A stretch of 64,000 nt of DNA from Candidatus Obscuribacteraceae bacterium. Its GTDB lineage: Bacteria; Cyanobacteriota; Vampirovibrionia; Obscuribacterales; Obscuribacteraceae. Location: positions 1,184,001-1,248,000 of the forward strand of contig JBGAHS010000001.1 in assembly GCA_044226015.1 (NCBI GenBank), read 5' to 3'. Under the pieces are notes generated by a model that was given only the letters and a program-made list of their open reading frames with translations, did no database searches and was not told the origin of the DNA. Of this stretch, positions 27,274 to 38,455 are shown one piece after another (position 1 is the first letter of the stretch; every line of letters begins with the position of its first letter). Position numbers and translations under genes: made by a program.

Positions 27274-28965
27274 CTATTTACTCACTGGAACAGCAAAGCT
27301 AAATTCAGCATTCTTGGCGTCGGTTGAGTGAAGTGTCTCTCTTCTATTTTTCAATACACTAATTTCGACTCTGCTTGCTTTGTTTAGGTCGGTACTGATA
27401 AGAACTTCTTCGCTCCAGTGAGTATTCGCTTTTACCCGCTGGTTAAGACCATCTTGCTTGTATGTTATTGAACCGAGTGGCTCGTTGCTCTGGCTAAATA
27501 CAACAGCCTTTACCGAGAAGTTTACTGGTTCAGATTTTGTAGATTCCCAAACAGTTGTGAGCTGAAGTTTGTCACCTACCTTGCGAGCCTCTGCTGCATT
27601 GCAAATTAGGTAGGGAGCCAGCCCAATATTCTTTACTGTTGCATTCGCGCTCAATTTCTCTGCCTCAGTAATGGATATTTTGTGAATGCCAGGCAATGTG
27701 AAATAAATCAACGATATGAAAGCTATAAGCTCTGCTCCCATTATCAGAGCAAATTTCTTTGAATATGGTTTCTTCGGTTTGCTGCTCGCTTTTCTGCCAA
27801 TCTTCAATAGCAAACTTCGAAGTGGTTTCTCGAAGAGTTCAAACATAATATGCGATGCCATTAGCAGCGCAATTACGAAAACGGTGCATGCTGCAACTGA
27901 GTCTTGCTGCGGAAAGTTGATCGCAAGATAGGTAAGGAATACGCCATGCAGCATGTAAATTGGGAAGCTAAGGTCTCCTAATAGAACTGCTGCTGGATGA
28001 TTCAATATGCGAGAGAAGATGCCACGATCCATCGCAAATACCGTTACGAGAAAGGCAAACCCTAGAAGAGATGGTCCGCTGTTTTGCAGCCAGTATGCAC
28101 CCGCTGGACCCAACCACGGTTCCAGCAAATAGCGGAGTGGATTTGAAAACATATAGATCAAGCAGACAAGGCTCAGAGCTGTAGCTTCCAGGGCGCTTGC
28201 TAACGGAACGGACAAGTTCAGCTTACAAAATCTGTCGCGCCAGAGCCTTGCGGTGAGCATACCCACACAGAAATCGAAGACGCGAGAGAATGGATGAATA
28301 TACGTGATGCCTTGATTTGATAATTCTGTAGCGGAGAACTCTGGTAGATGTGCACAATTTCCGTAGGTGACCAGCGCCGCGACAATGCAGCCTGTAACTA
28401 GTAGTGGAAGATACCAGCGTTTTTTCAGACCTAAGAGGAGTACTGGGAAAACTATGTAGAAAAAGAACTCGCAAGAAATGCTCCAGGAGGACGCATTGTA
28501 AGAGAAGAATTCACGCCATGAAGGAACCCACGCTTGAACAAGGAAAAAATTCTCCAGGAATCTTGGCCAGTCGCCAGCCCTGACTTTGAATACTTCAGGA
28601 ATTAGACCAACTAAAAGCAATAGGCTTAAAACATGTGCTGGCCATATGCGAGCGACTCTTGCCTGAAAGAAAGTTTTCAGTTCTTCCCGTTGGTATTTGA
28701 GGTCATAGTAAACGTGAGTGAGGATGAATCCAGACAGTACAAAGAAGAATGTAACTGCTTGCCCAAATGTACTTGCTTCGCTTACGCCACGCCAACACGT
28801 GAAAGACTCTCTGCCGTGTGCCAGAATAACTACGATAGCCGCTAGGAAACGAAGCGAGGTAAGTGGTTTGATATCTGGTCTTATCGCCGACGCAGCTTTT
28901 GTTGGCGCCACCGTGGGTGGTGTCAGCGCGTTCTGATTCTCTAGGGTGACTGCAGTGTCTGACAT
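27274..28965 (-). CDS. Acyltransferase family 3 (OafA-like) with a C-terminal extracytoplasmic domain
   Basis: LTSLRFLAA..V..H, FFVLSGF, RVARIWP, WSISCEFFFY, SFPIYMLH, FEKP. Confidence 0.92.
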   Translation of the reverse strand: MSDTAVTLENQNALTPPTVAPTKAASAIRPDIKPLTSLRFLAAIVVILAHGRESFTCWRGVSEASTFGQAVTFFFVLSGFILTHVYYDLKYQREELKTFFQARVARIWPAHVLSLLLLVGLIPEVFKVRAGDWPRFLENFFLVQAWVPSWREFFSYNASSWSISCEFFFYIVFPVLLLGLKKRWYLPLLVTGCIVAALVTYGNCAHLPEFSATELSNQGITYIHPFSRVFDFCVGMLTARLWRDRFCKLNLSVPLASALEATALSLVCLIYMFSNPLRYLLEPWLGPAGAYWLQNSGPSLLGFAFLVTVFAMDRGIFSRILNHPAAVLLGDLSFPIYMLHGVFLTYLAINFPQQDSVAACTVFVIALLMASHIMFELFEKPLRSLLLKIGRKASSKPKKPYSKKFALIMGAELIAFISLIYFTLPGIHKISITEAEKLSANATVKNIGLAPYLICNAAEARKVGDKLQLTTVWESTKSEPVNFSVKAVVFSQSNEPLGSITYKQDGLNQRVKANTHWSEEVLISTDLNKASRVEISVLKNRRETLHSTDAKNAEFSFAVPVSK

Positions 28966-29517
28966 TTGTCCTTAAACTTGATCTGCGATGGCTCTCTCAA
29001 AGAGGTTTCGAGGCTGTCATTATATAGGTTGGCTGGCATGTAAGTATGAGGTAGCTTTCAATTGACATGTGTCTAATGCTGGGACCAGCCTGAATTCAGC
29101 CCTCTCTAAGCAAAGCTGGATACAGAAAAAATACCAAAATGCAAAACTTTCCATAGAGCCACTGTTTGTAAAAGCTTCTTCCTCAGTCTGCACGGTGCGT
29201 TTCGGCTGCCGGTCCTCACTGAGTTTCCGCGGACAGCATTCGAATGAATCTTAGTATTGGCTAAGAATGCCCGTTTCTGTGAAATTTTTAGTCTCTCTCG
29301 AAATCTATATCTAGTGGGCTGTTGCAAGTGAGAGTAAATGTCAAGAAAGCCTATCGGCAGATATTTTAGTGGACCATTGTTAATAGCCCTGTATCATTTT
29401 GTATATGAATAGTTGGGCTGCTGACTCATTGACAGCAGCAAAAATCATCAGCAAGAACGATGTTTTTTCGAAGGAAACGAACTACTGTTCATAAGTAATG
29501 GGTTATCTGGAGGATTT

Positions 29518-29622
29518 ATGGATCTCATAAGCGGCTTAGCCGTTGTTATCGTTGCTACATTCGTCGGCACCTGGGTCAACGACCATGTGTACAAGGGCGA
29601 TTACATTTCAGACGAGTCCTGA
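29518..29622 (+). CDS. Small (34 aa) single-pass membrane protein, below the ORF-track cutoff
   Basis: GGAGG RBS at 29509-29513; MDLISGLAVVIVATFVGTWVNDHVYKGDYISDES. Confidence 0.5.
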   Translation: MDLISGLAVVIVATFVGTWVNDHVYKGDYISDES

Positions 29623-29721
29623 GTTCCATAAGAATCCAACATTAGTTTAGTCAGAGTACAGTTGTACGTTCTGCGAGTCTTTACCTTATAATTCATTTGT
29701 TGATTTGAGGAGCGTCTCGCC

Positions 29722-30801
29722 ATGGCTGAGTCGAATGTTCACGCCGTTACAAGCAGCGTAAGACCCATCTTTCTAGATGGCGAAAAGCTGTTTTTGCTTG
29801 ATCAGCGCAAAATACCTGAATGCGTAGAGTATTTTGAAGCCAGTGCGCTCGATGATATGTATTTCGCTATTAAAGACATGGTCGTCCGTGGCGCCCCTGC
29901 AATTGGAGTTGCAGCAGCTTTGTGTTTAGCCCTGGAAGGCAAAAAGCTGAGCGAACGATCTTCTGACTTCGCTGCTTTCGTTAGCGACTTATCTCGTATA
30001 AAGGACAAGCTGCAAGCGGCTCGCCCGACCGCTGTAAACTTGAGATGGGCTACTGAATTTGTGTTTGAACTGGCAGAAAACAACTCTCAGATGCCACTGG
30101 CTGAGTTGGGCTCATTCTTGGTTGAATCTGCGCATGCGCTAATTGAGAAGGACATCTTGATCAATAAGGCTATAGGCGAGTATGGCGCACGACTGTTAAA
30201 GCCGGAGAGTGCGGTCTTGACTCACTGCAATGCTGGGGCTCTGGCAACCTGCGGTTGGGGCACCGCACTTGGTGTCATACGTTCAGCTGTGGGCAATGGC
30301 AAGAATATAAAAGTTTTTGTTGATGAGACGCGCCCGCGCCAGCAAGGTGCGCGGCTCACAGTTTGGGAATTGTTACGAGATGGCATAACCCCAACATTGA
30401 TAACGGACAACATGGCTGGGTATGTTATGTCCAAAGGAAAGATTGATGCAGTCATTGTTGGCGCTGATAGAATAGCCGCCAATGGAGACGCTGCAAATAA
30501 AATTGGTACCTATTCGGTTGCTGTTTTAGCTCAGGCTCACGGCATTCCGTTCTATGTTGCGGCGCCAATTTCGACAATTGATGCTCAAACTGAGTCGGGT
30601 GAACAGATTCCTATTGAAGAGCGTGACTCGGATGAGGTTCTTTGTATTCAGGGGCAGCCGGTTGCAGCAAATGGTGCCGATGTGTTTAATCCTGCCTTCG
30701 ATGTTACCCCAGCCAGGTTGATTAGTGGGATAATTACCGAAAGGGGAGTTTTGTACGCTCCTTTTGAACAGTCAATTCGTCGTGCACTTCAGGACTCATA
30801 A
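29722..30801 (+). CDS. mtnA: S-methyl-5-thioribose-1-phosphate isomerase
   Basis: MVVRGAPAIG, RPTAVNL, LTHCNAGALAT, DETRP, GADRIAANGDAANKIGTY, NPAFDVTP. Confidence 0.97.
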   Translation: MAESNVHAVTSSVRPIFLDGEKLFLLDQRKIPECVEYFEASALDDMYFAIKDMVVRGAPAIGVAAALCLALEGKKLSERSSDFAAFVSDLSRIKDKLQAARPTAVNLRWATEFVFELAENNSQMPLAELGSFLVESAHALIEKDILINKAIGEYGARLLKPESAVLTHCNAGALATCGWGTALGVIRSAVGNGKNIKVFVDETRPRQQGARLTVWELLRDGITPTLITDNMAGYVMSKGKIDAVIVGADRIAANGDAANKIGTYSVAVLAQAHGIPFYVAAPISTIDAQTESGEQIPIEERDSDEVLCIQGQPVAANGADVFNPAFDVTPARLISGIITERGVLYAPFEQSIRRALQDS

Positions 30802-30813
30802 TCAGGGGGAAGT

Positions 30814-31263
30814 ATGTCCGAACTTCAAGATAACGCTGCTCACTCCGCAGTGGATGACTGGCTTCACGCCTATATTGAGGAGATTACTGGTCACGCTGTG
30901 ACCGAGAAATCATATGCTGGCAACATTCATAGAGATGCAATGGAAGCAGTCAATTCCAATGAATTGCATGAAGTGTTGATTGCACGGTTTGACGAGTTGG
31001 ATTTGGCTCCCAAAGATGGCATTGTGTCTTACCACGAAGTGAAGAAAGCCCTTGCTAACCCGCTTTTACACTGGACTCAAAAAGATATTCAGATGATCAA
31101 GCTCTTGCAAAAGTACTATTTGATTTTGACAGAGTTGGTAGATGATGACGCTAACGAGCAAGACCGGGGAATTTCGCGGCAAGACGTTGAAGCACTAGCA
31201 AACAGCCTCTCAGAAGAATGTGAAATGCTGAAAAATCAGATGCAGTCTGAATTCTCATCATAG
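30814..31263 (+). CDS. Hypothetical acidic protein with EF-hand-like loops
   Basis: FDELDLAPKDGIVSYHEV and DRGISRQD; GGGG RBS; co-oriented with mtnA. Confidence 0.65.
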   Translation: MSELQDNAAHSAVDDWLHAYIEEITGHAVTEKSYAGNIHRDAMEAVNSNELHEVLIARFDELDLAPKDGIVSYHEVKKALANPLLHWTQKDIQMIKLLQKYYLILTELVDDDANEQDRGISRQDVEALANSLSEECEMLKNQMQSEFSS

Positions 31264-31427
31264 CAGCTTCGGACTCTCTAGTTGCTCAAATGAGGGTCGT
31301 TCGAATCGTCATTTTGTTTTGGCGTAAGAAAAAAAACGAGGACTGCAGCGCTACCCGTCGAGTTTTTGATTTTTGTGCAGAATTGTTTCTCCGCTAGCTC
31401 TATCTTGAAGAGCTAGCTTCAATTGAG

Positions 31428-33494
31428 TTAGCAGCAGCGAAGAGGAGACTCACCAGTTTCTTCGCCGGGACCTGCGTTTGTTGAACTTGGATCCGCCTTT
31501 ATGAACCAGGTTTTGATGGCGGAAAACAGAATGACCAGCACTAGTACGATGAACAGCCCGCCAATTGCTGCGTCGAGATTGTCATTGAAAATTAGTGTGT
31601 GCAGTTTCGCTAGTTCGGTCTCTGGCAGCGACTTGTCGGCTAGTTTCGCTGTGAGCGATTTTGCATGAGCCAGGAAGCCCAGCTTAGGTGAGTTTGAGAA
31701 TATCTTGAGGTAGCCACCGTATATAGTGACAGTTAGCAGCCAGCAGAGTGGAATGAGCGTTACGAATGAGTATTTCGCTTTTCCCATCTTAATAATGACG
31801 GTGGTGCCAATGCAGAGGGCTATTACCGCTAGCAATTGATTTGAAATACCGAAGAGTGGCCACAAGCTATTGATGCCACCTAGAGGATCCACAATTCCCT
31901 GATAAAGAAAATAGCCCCAGCCGGCCACAACAAGTGCAGAGCTGAGAATGATGGATGGGTACCAGCTTGATTGACCCAATGGCTTCCAGAGAATTCCAAG
32001 AAAGTCTTGCAAAAGAAATCGCCCAACGCGAGTGCCTGCGTCGAGGCATGTAAGAATAAACAGCGCTTCAAACATTATGGCGAAGTGATACCAGAATGCT
32101 AGCTGCTCTGTTCCGCCCAGGGCTTTTGCAAAAATGCCTGCCATGCCGACCGCCAGGGTTGGTCCACCACCCGTTCTTCCCCAGAGTGATTGCTCTCCGA
32201 CCTCTGTTGCTAGCGCCTGCATATTCTCCACAGAAACTGGATAGCCCCATGAGCTTATCATTGCAGATGCCGCTGCGGGGTCTGTGCCGACCACACCTTC
32301 AGGGCTGTTGATAGCAAAATATTGTCCGGGCAAAAGTGAAGATGCTGCGATGAGCGCCATTATTCCTACTGCTGCTTCGCAGAGCATTGAACCATAGCCA
32401 ATCAATCTGGCATCAGATTCCTTGTTCAGCATCTTCGGGGTGGTGCCAGAGGATACAAGGGCATGGAAGCCAGAAACAGCTCCACAAGCTATGGTGATGA
32501 AACAAAACGGGAAGACTTGTCCTGCAAAAAGCGGACCCTCTCCATTTGTGAAGATGGTCAGTGGTGGCATTTGCAGATCTGGATGCACGACGAAGATGCC
32601 GATTCCGAGCAGTCCGATGGTACCAATCTTGATGTATGCCGACAGATAATCGCGCGGCAACAGCAGCACCCACACGGGCAGAACTGAAGCCAGAAAACCA
32701 TAAGCCATTATTGACCAGGCAAGTGTTTCGGCGCTGTAGGTGAAATACTTTGCGAGATCTGGACTTTCGCCTATCCACTTGCCTCCGATGACCGCTGCAA
32801 GAGTCAGAACCACTCCGAGAATGGATCCCTCTGTGATTTTTCCTGGACGAATTGTTCGAGTGTAATAGCCGACCAGCACCGCTATTGGTATCGTCATAAT
32901 CAGGGTGAATGCACCCCAGGGGCTAGATTTGAGAGCCTTTACGACGACCAGAGCTAGTACAGACATGAGAATAAGCATGATGAGCAAGATTGCAGTCAAT
33001 GACACAATTCCTGCTATCGGACCGATTTCTTCCCTGGCCATTTGACCCAGCGATTTGCCATTTTTTCGCATTGACGCGCACAAAATAACAAAGTCCTGGA
33101 CAGCTCCAGCAAGAACCACTCCGATGATAATCCAGAGTGTTCCCGGCAGAAAGCCGAATTGAGCTGCAAGAATTGGCCCGACAAGAGGACCGGCGCCGGC
33201 GATGGCTGCAAAGTGATGCCCGAATGCAACCACTTTGTTTGTTGGAACATAGTCCTTTCCGTCGTTAATTTTGTGTGCTGGCGTAGGGTTCTCATCATTG
33301 AGGACGAATATTTTTTCAGCAATGAATTTGGAATAAAAGCGGTAGCCAGCCACGAATGTGCAAACGGCTGCCGTTAACAGCCATATGGCATTCACTGGTT
33401 CATTGCCGTGAAATGCAATAAATGCAAGAAGTCCAGCTCCGGCTAAAGACACCAGAATCCATACGAGAGTAGAGAGCGCTTTTGGCACTGACAA
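31428..33494 (-). CDS. cstA: Carbon starvation protein A family transporter (CstA/BtsT)
   Basis: [69 protein letters not shown]. Confidence 0.96.
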   Translation of the reverse strand: MSVPKALSTLVWILVSLAGAGLLAFIAFHGNEPVNAIWLLTAAVCTFVAGYRFYSKFIAEKIFVLNDENPTPAHKINDGKDYVPTNKVVAFGHHFAAIAGAGPLVGPILAAQFGFLPGTLWIIIGVVLAGAVQDFVILCASMRKNGKSLGQMAREEIGPIAGIVSLTAILLIMLILMSVLALVVVKALKSSPWGAFTLIMTIPIAVLVGYYTRTIRPGKITEGSILGVVLTLAAVIGGKWIGESPDLAKYFTYSAETLAWSIMAYGFLASVLPVWVLLLPRDYLSAYIKIGTIGLLGIGIFVVHPDLQMPPLTIFTNGEGPLFAGQVFPFCFITIACGAVSGFHALVSSGTTPKMLNKESDARLIGYGSMLCEAAVGIMALIAASSLLPGQYFAINSPEGVVGTDPAAASAMISSWGYPVSVENMQALATEVGEQSLWGRTGGGPTLAVGMAGIFAKALGGTEQLAFWYHFAIMFEALFILTCLDAGTRVGRFLLQDFLGILWKPLGQSSWYPSIILSSALVVAGWGYFLYQGIVDPLGGINSLWPLFGISNQLLAVIALCIGTTVIIKMGKAKYSFVTLIPLCWLLTVTIYGGYLKIFSNSPKLGFLAHAKSLTAKLADKSLPETELAKLHTLIFNDNLDAAIGGLFIVLVLVILFSAIKTWFIKADPSSTNAGPGEETGESPLRCC

Positions 33495-33538
33495 GCTCCT
33501 GACTAACCCGGCGTAAAGTATAGGTCTAAATTTGAACG

Positions 33539-33636
33539 ATCACAAGCTTGTCACACGCCTCCCCCAAATCGATCACAGTAGAGTCACATTTGAGCAACAA
33601 CTGTCCATATTTGTAGCTTCTTCACGAAATAATCAC
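33539..33636. promoter_or_regulatory. Three NTCAC-N6-NTCAC direct-repeat boxes (OmpR/PhoB-family-type sites)
   Basis: 33539-33554, 33572-33587 and 33621-33636; 11-bp periodicity; in the divergent cstA/efflux intergenic region. Confidence 0.5.
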
Positions 33637-33712
33637 AGTCCTATATTATGATTTAGATTGATGGCTTCCAAAAAAGTAATCGATTTCGCTAGCTTCCACT
33701 TCAGTCGATTTT

Positions 33713-35056
33713 ATGTGCCGGAAACAAATCATCCTAAATTCTTTGCCGCAAGTGATTGCGCTAGTATTATGCTTGCCGATTTTACATAGTTGCGCAGGTG
33801 TGAATGCCGTTGGCACTAATACCGGAGCCGAGAGCGTATCTGAAATTCCCGCTCCTAAAGAACCTGTCAAATTGAGCAGCGGACCAGTTGAGCTAAGTCC
33901 AGAGGCTGAAAAGGTAGCGGGCTTGAAGGTCGAGCCTGTCGGAAAAAACTGCGTTGACGAGACAGTGAAAACTACTGGTGAAGTGCTTGCCGATGCGAAT
34001 CTGGTGACCCACATTGTCTCTCCGGTAACTGGAAGAGTTACTGAAGTTATGGCTAACCTTGGGCAGCATATGGTGCAAGGCAAGCCTGTTTTGATGATTC
34101 GCAGCCCCGAAATTGAAGATGCTGAAGGGCAGCTCTTGCAACAAGATGCTGAAATCAAGGCAGAACTCAAGAAAGATTTACTACAGATAGATTCTGATAT
34201 TGCCACTACCCAAGCTGAGTTGGCGCTTTCTGAAAAGGTTTTTGCAAGAATGCAAAATCTAGTCAATGAGAAGATTGCATCTAAAGCTGATTGGGAACGT
34301 GCACAAACGCAGCGAGATAAAGACCTCATAGCACTCGATTCTCTTCAAAAAAGGAGAGAATCGACAATCTCTCTTTCCCAGGACAAAATAAAGCTGGTTA
34401 CCGAGCCCATAAAACAGCGGCTTACGCTCATGGGTGTGCCTGATGCAGAATTGGTGCGTGTGCTTCAGACTCGAAAAATTGCGGCTGAGGTGCCTGTCCT
34501 GTCACCTGAAACTGGCATTGTCTGCGAGAGAACCGTTAATGTTGGAGAGCTGGTTGATACTCAAAAGAATTTGCTTACCATCGGTGACTTCCACAAAGTC
34601 TGGCTGAAAGCCGATGTTTTTGAAAAAGATCTTGCCAAGCTAAAGGAAGGTCAGCACATCGATCTTGAAGTAGATAGCTTTCCGGGCGAAGTGTTTCATG
34701 GAAAGCTCGACTATTTGTCTGATTCTGTCAATCCTGAAACTCGCACTTTGACGGTTCGTGCGGAAGTGCAAAACCCTGGCGACAGGCTTAAGCCGAAAAT
34801 GTTTGCTCGCATGACAATTCAAGTTGGGCACAAATGCGTTCTTACCGTTCCTCTCAATGCTATTCAAGATGCTGGTAGTTACAAGGTTGTCTATGTTTCT
34901 CTTGGTGGCGGCAAGTATGAAGAACGAAAAGTTGAGATTGGAAAAACCTGCAAAGACAACATTGAAGTTTTGCAGGGATTGAAGGAAGGCGAAAACGTTG
35001 CTGTGGCTGGTACCTTCCAGCTGCGTTCGCAAGCAATAAGTCAGAATGGTGACTGA
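33713..35056 (+). CDS. RND efflux periplasmic adaptor (CzcB/CusB-like)
   Basis: HIVSPVTGRV, VWLKADVFEKD, TRTLTVRAEVQNPGDRLKPKMFA. Confidence 0.92.
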   Translation: MCRKQIILNSLPQVIALVLCLPILHSCAGVNAVGTNTGAESVSEIPAPKEPVKLSSGPVELSPEAEKVAGLKVEPVGKNCVDETVKTTGEVLADANLVTHIVSPVTGRVTEVMANLGQHMVQGKPVLMIRSPEIEDAEGQLLQQDAEIKAELKKDLLQIDSDIATTQAELALSEKVFARMQNLVNEKIASKADWERAQTQRDKDLIALDSLQKRRESTISLSQDKIKLVTEPIKQRLTLMGVPDAELVRVLQTRKIAAEVPVLSPETGIVCERTVNVGELVDTQKNLLTIGDFHKVWLKADVFEKDLAKLKEGQHIDLEVDSFPGEVFHGKLDYLSDSVNPETRTLTVRAEVQNPGDRLKPKMFARMTIQVGHKCVLTVPLNAIQDAGSYKVVYVSLGGGKYEERKVEIGKTCKDNIEVLQGLKEGENVAVAGTFQLRSQAISQNGD

Positions 35057-35088
35057 TATAAATTTCCAGATGGTACCGTCAACGGTGA

Positions 35089-38000
35089 TTGGTTTGCGAA
35101 AGGGTTCTTGTGGATAAGTTTATTGACTTTATCTTAGAAAAACGTGCGCTCATAGTTTTGCTAGCGCTCGCTTTGCTAGGAGCGGGCGTGCAAGCTTATC
35201 TTAGCCTGCCTCTTGAGGCGTATCCGGACGTCGCAAATATGCAAGTTCGCGTGATAACGCAAGTAAACGGCAAAGCCGCCGAGGAAATGGAGCGCATGGT
35301 CACCATTCCTCTTGAAAAAGAACTAAATGGAATTCCACGCTCTGAAACACCTCGCTCAATTTCCATTTTTGGTTTGTCAGTAATCACTGTCGTTTTTGAG
35401 GACGGTGTCGATCCCTATGTTGCAAGGCAACAGGTGCTAGAGAAAATCTCGAATGCCAGTTTGCCTGACGGTGTTCATCCTGGCCTCGACCCTAATGCTA
35501 GCCCTGTAGGAGAGATTTTCCGATATACGGTAGAGTCCAAAAAGTGGAACGCTATTGATCGCAAAGAGTGGCAAGACTGGTATCTTGATCGAAAAATGAA
35601 GTCCGTTCCAGGTGTTGTAGATGTCACCGGATTTGGTGGTCCTGTAAAAACCTATCAGGTCGAGCTAGACCCTGACCATATGAAGGCGCTAGGCGTCACC
35701 CAGGCTCAAATCAGTGAAGCTATCGTTAGTGCCAACGGGTCTACTGGCGGAAGTTACATCATTCGCAACAACCAGGACTTCATGGTTCGTGGTATGGGGC
35801 TTCTCACTAGCGTTGATGATATCAACAACATCGTTGTTGAAACCTCGAAGGATGGCGTTCCCATTCTCTTGAAGCAAGTCGCTCAAATTAATATCGCACC
35901 TGCTGTTCGTAAAGGTCAGGTGGGCATGAACGATGACGACGACGTAGTCGAAGGCATCGTGCTTATGCGAAGAGGCGAAAATCCCTCCACCGCAGTAAAT
36001 GGTTTAATGGAGGTTTGGAACGACATTTCTTCTGGGCTTCCACCTGGAATGAAGCTGGTTCCGCTCTATGATCGAACGGCTCTGGCTCGTCGCACAATGG
36101 TCACGATAGGTCACAACGTTGCAGAAGGCATATTTCTTGTAGTTGTGATTTTGATGCTTTTCTTGTTTCAAATCAGGTCAGCATTTATTTGCGCGATAGT
36201 CATTCCGCTTGCACTTTCTGTGGCATTCATTTTGCTCAATGTGGCTGGAGTGCCAGCTAATTTACTTTCTCTCGGCGCAATCGACTTTGGCATAATTGTA
36301 GATGGCGCTATCGTGATGATTGAAAATACATTGCGCCACCTCGGGCATCTGCACGGAGACAAGACCCCGAAGAACCTCGTAGTTTCCATTGTAGGAAAGG
36401 CATCCAAGGAAGTCGCCAAGCCTATTCTTTTCTCAAAGGGAATTATCATTCTTACATTCCTGCCCATTTTGAGTTTCCAGGGAGTGGAAGGAAAGCTGTT
36501 TCGTCCACTTGCTGTAACCATGAGCTTCACGCTTGTCGGGGCTGCTTTGTGTGCTTTGACTATAGTTCCTGTTATATGTGCAATCGTATTTTCAATGAAG
36601 GTTCCGAAAGAGAATATTTCGCCTATCAATAAATTCTGCACCGCAGTTTATGGACCAATATTGAAGTTTGCGATGAATAACAAAGCCATTGTGGCTTTTG
36701 TTGCAATTGCATCAGTGGTTGGGTCGTTATTGTTGACGCCTATGCTTGGTGGTGAGTTTATTCCAGAACTGGAAGAAGGCAACATCTGGTTGCGCGTTAC
36801 AACTCTCCCCACTAGCGTGTCTCTCGATCACCAGGTCGAAATTTCGCGCGAAATTCGGCGAGTATTGCGCAGCTATCCTATTGTGACGAATGTTGTATCG
36901 CAGATTGGTTCATCAGACGATGGAACAGACCCAAACAACTACAGTTCGATTGAGTTTTTCGTCGATCTAAAGCCGCAAGAAGAGTGGCCCAAGAGTGTTG
37001 AAAGCAAGCAAGCCGTCATCAAGAAAATGAATGCTGAGCTGCAACAGAAGTTGCCTGGCTTGCAGTTCAATTTCTCGCAATACATCAAAGACAACATGGA
37101 TGAAACCATATCTGGTGTTAAGGGCGAATTTGCTATCAAGATTTACGGTAAAGATCTAAGGATATTAAGTGAACTTGGAAATAAAGCTGTGAAGCTTGTT
37201 CAGCAGGTTCCAGGCATGGTTGATGTGTCGTGTGACCAGTTGCTTGGGCAGCCCCAGCTAGTAATTCAAATTGACAGAGAGCGTGCTTCTCGATATGGCG
37301 TCAATACAAGAGACATTCTTGATGTCGTTGAAACCTCGGTAGGTGGAAAGACTGCGACTCAACTGATTGAGGGCGAACGCTTATTTGATGTGATTTTGCG
37401 CTATAAGGCTAGTTCTCGTGCTGACACCCTTGAGTTGAGCAATATTCAGCTGCCAACTCCATCGGGTGCAAAAATTCCTCTGGCTCAAGTAGCGACTATA
37501 ACTGAAGAGCATGGAGCTTCGGCAATTTTGCGTGACAAAAACTCTCGTAGAATTGCGATTAAAGCCAATATTCGCGGACGCGATTTGATGTCTGCTGTAA
37601 ATGAAGCTCGTGCGAGCGTGACAAGAAATGTTCATTTGCCCCAGGGATACAGCATCATTTGGGGTGGGCAATCCGAGCGAGCAAAGCATGCTATGCAAAG
37701 ATTGCTGGTGGTTTTACCTCTAACAATGGTGCTTATCTTCTTCCTCTTATATGCCGCAACCGGCGTCGCTCGAATAGCTGGACTTGTTATGTTGGCGGTG
37801 CCGTTATCACTTCCAGGCGCGATATTAGGGTTGCTGCTTACGCAAACGCACTTCAGTATTTCAGCTGGTGTTGGTTTCATTGCGCTGTCCGGAGTGTCGG
37901 TTCAAAACGGCGTAATTTTAGTGTCACTGGTTTCGCAATTGCAAAAACAAGGACTTTCCGTTCGCGACGCTGTAATGAAGAGCGCAATGGTGCGAATGCA

Positions 38001-38259
38001 TCCAGCCGTCATGACCACTTGCGTTGCGATGGCAGGATTGATTCCTGCGGCGCTTTCTACTGGAATTGGTTCGCAATCTCAGCGTCCCTTCGCTATTGTA
38101 ATCGTGTTTGGTTTGATACCAGCCATGGCATTGGCGTTGTTCGTGCTGCCACCAATGTATGAGTTTATCGAATCTAAGTTCGGCAAGAAGAAAGTAGAAG
38201 ACGATTCTGAAATGGACTCTAGCGAGCCGCCAGAGTCCCATGAATTGAGCCCTGTTTAG
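35089..38259 (+). CDS. CzcA/CusA-family RND permease
   Basis: LPLEAYPDV, ANLLSLGAIDFGIIVDGAIVMIEN, EGKLFRPLA, GEFIPELEEG, GFIALSGVSVQNG. Confidence 0.95.
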   Translation: MVCERVLVDKFIDFILEKRALIVLLALALLGAGVQAYLSLPLEAYPDVANMQVRVITQVNGKAAEEMERMVTIPLEKELNGIPRSETPRSISIFGLSVITVVFEDGVDPYVARQQVLEKISNASLPDGVHPGLDPNASPVGEIFRYTVESKKWNAIDRKEWQDWYLDRKMKSVPGVVDVTGFGGPVKTYQVELDPDHMKALGVTQAQISEAIVSANGSTGGSYIIRNNQDFMVRGMGLLTSVDDINNIVVETSKDGVPILLKQVAQINIAPAVRKGQVGMNDDDDVVEGIVLMRRGENPSTAVNGLMEVWNDISSGLPPGMKLVPLYDRTALARRTMVTIGHNVAEGIFLVVVILMLFLFQIRSAFICAIVIPLALSVAFILLNVAGVPANLLSLGAIDFGIIVDGAIVMIENTLRHLGHLHGDKTPKNLVVSIVGKASKEVAKPILFSKGIIILTFLPILSFQGVEGKLFRPLAVTMSFTLVGAALCALTIVPVICAIVFSMKVPKENISPINKFCTAVYGPILKFAMNNKAIVAFVAIASVVGSLLLTPMLGGEFIPELEEGNIWLRVTTLPTSVSLDHQVEISREIRRVLRSYPIVTNVVSQIGSSDDGTDPNNYSSIEFFVDLKPQEEWPKSVESKQAVIKKMNAELQQKLPGLQFNFSQYIKDNMDETISGVKGEFAIKIYGKDLRILSELGNKAVKLVQQVPGMVDVSCDQLLGQPQLVIQIDRERASRYGVNTRDILDVVETSVGGKTATQLIEGERLFDVILRYKASSRADTLELSNIQLPTPSGAKIPLAQVATITEEHGASAILRDKNSRRIAIKANIRGRDLMSAVNEARASVTRNVHLPQGYSIIWGGQSERAKHAMQRLLVVLPLTMVLIFFLLYAATGVARIAGLVMLAVPLSLPGAILGLLLTQTHFSISAGVGFIALSGVSVQNGVILVSLVSQLQKQGLSVRDAVMKSAMVRMHPAVMTTCVAMAGLIPAALSTGIGSQSQRPFAIVIVFGLIPAMALALFVLPPMYEFIESKFGKKKVEDDSEMDSSEPPESHELSPV

Positions 38260-38455
38260 CGAAAACCTGGCTTTGCGAATTGGTGGCTGCTCAGTCACTT
38301 CTGCCGATGAATCTTGGTTGATCAGGGCAGCAAGTACAATATATCGCTCGCACCTCGGACCAAATTAGCTCAGACCAGACTAGCTCAGACCAAATTATCT
38401 CGGATAGCGAAGTCCATCGATTTTGAGCAATTCCAAACTCTATTGTCTCTGTTGA

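Noticed and set aside
38361..38405. Three degenerate 15-bp repeats and the 77-aa ORF 38314-38547
   Set aside because: Short, degenerate intergenic repeat; the ORF overlaps cobB antisense and has no support
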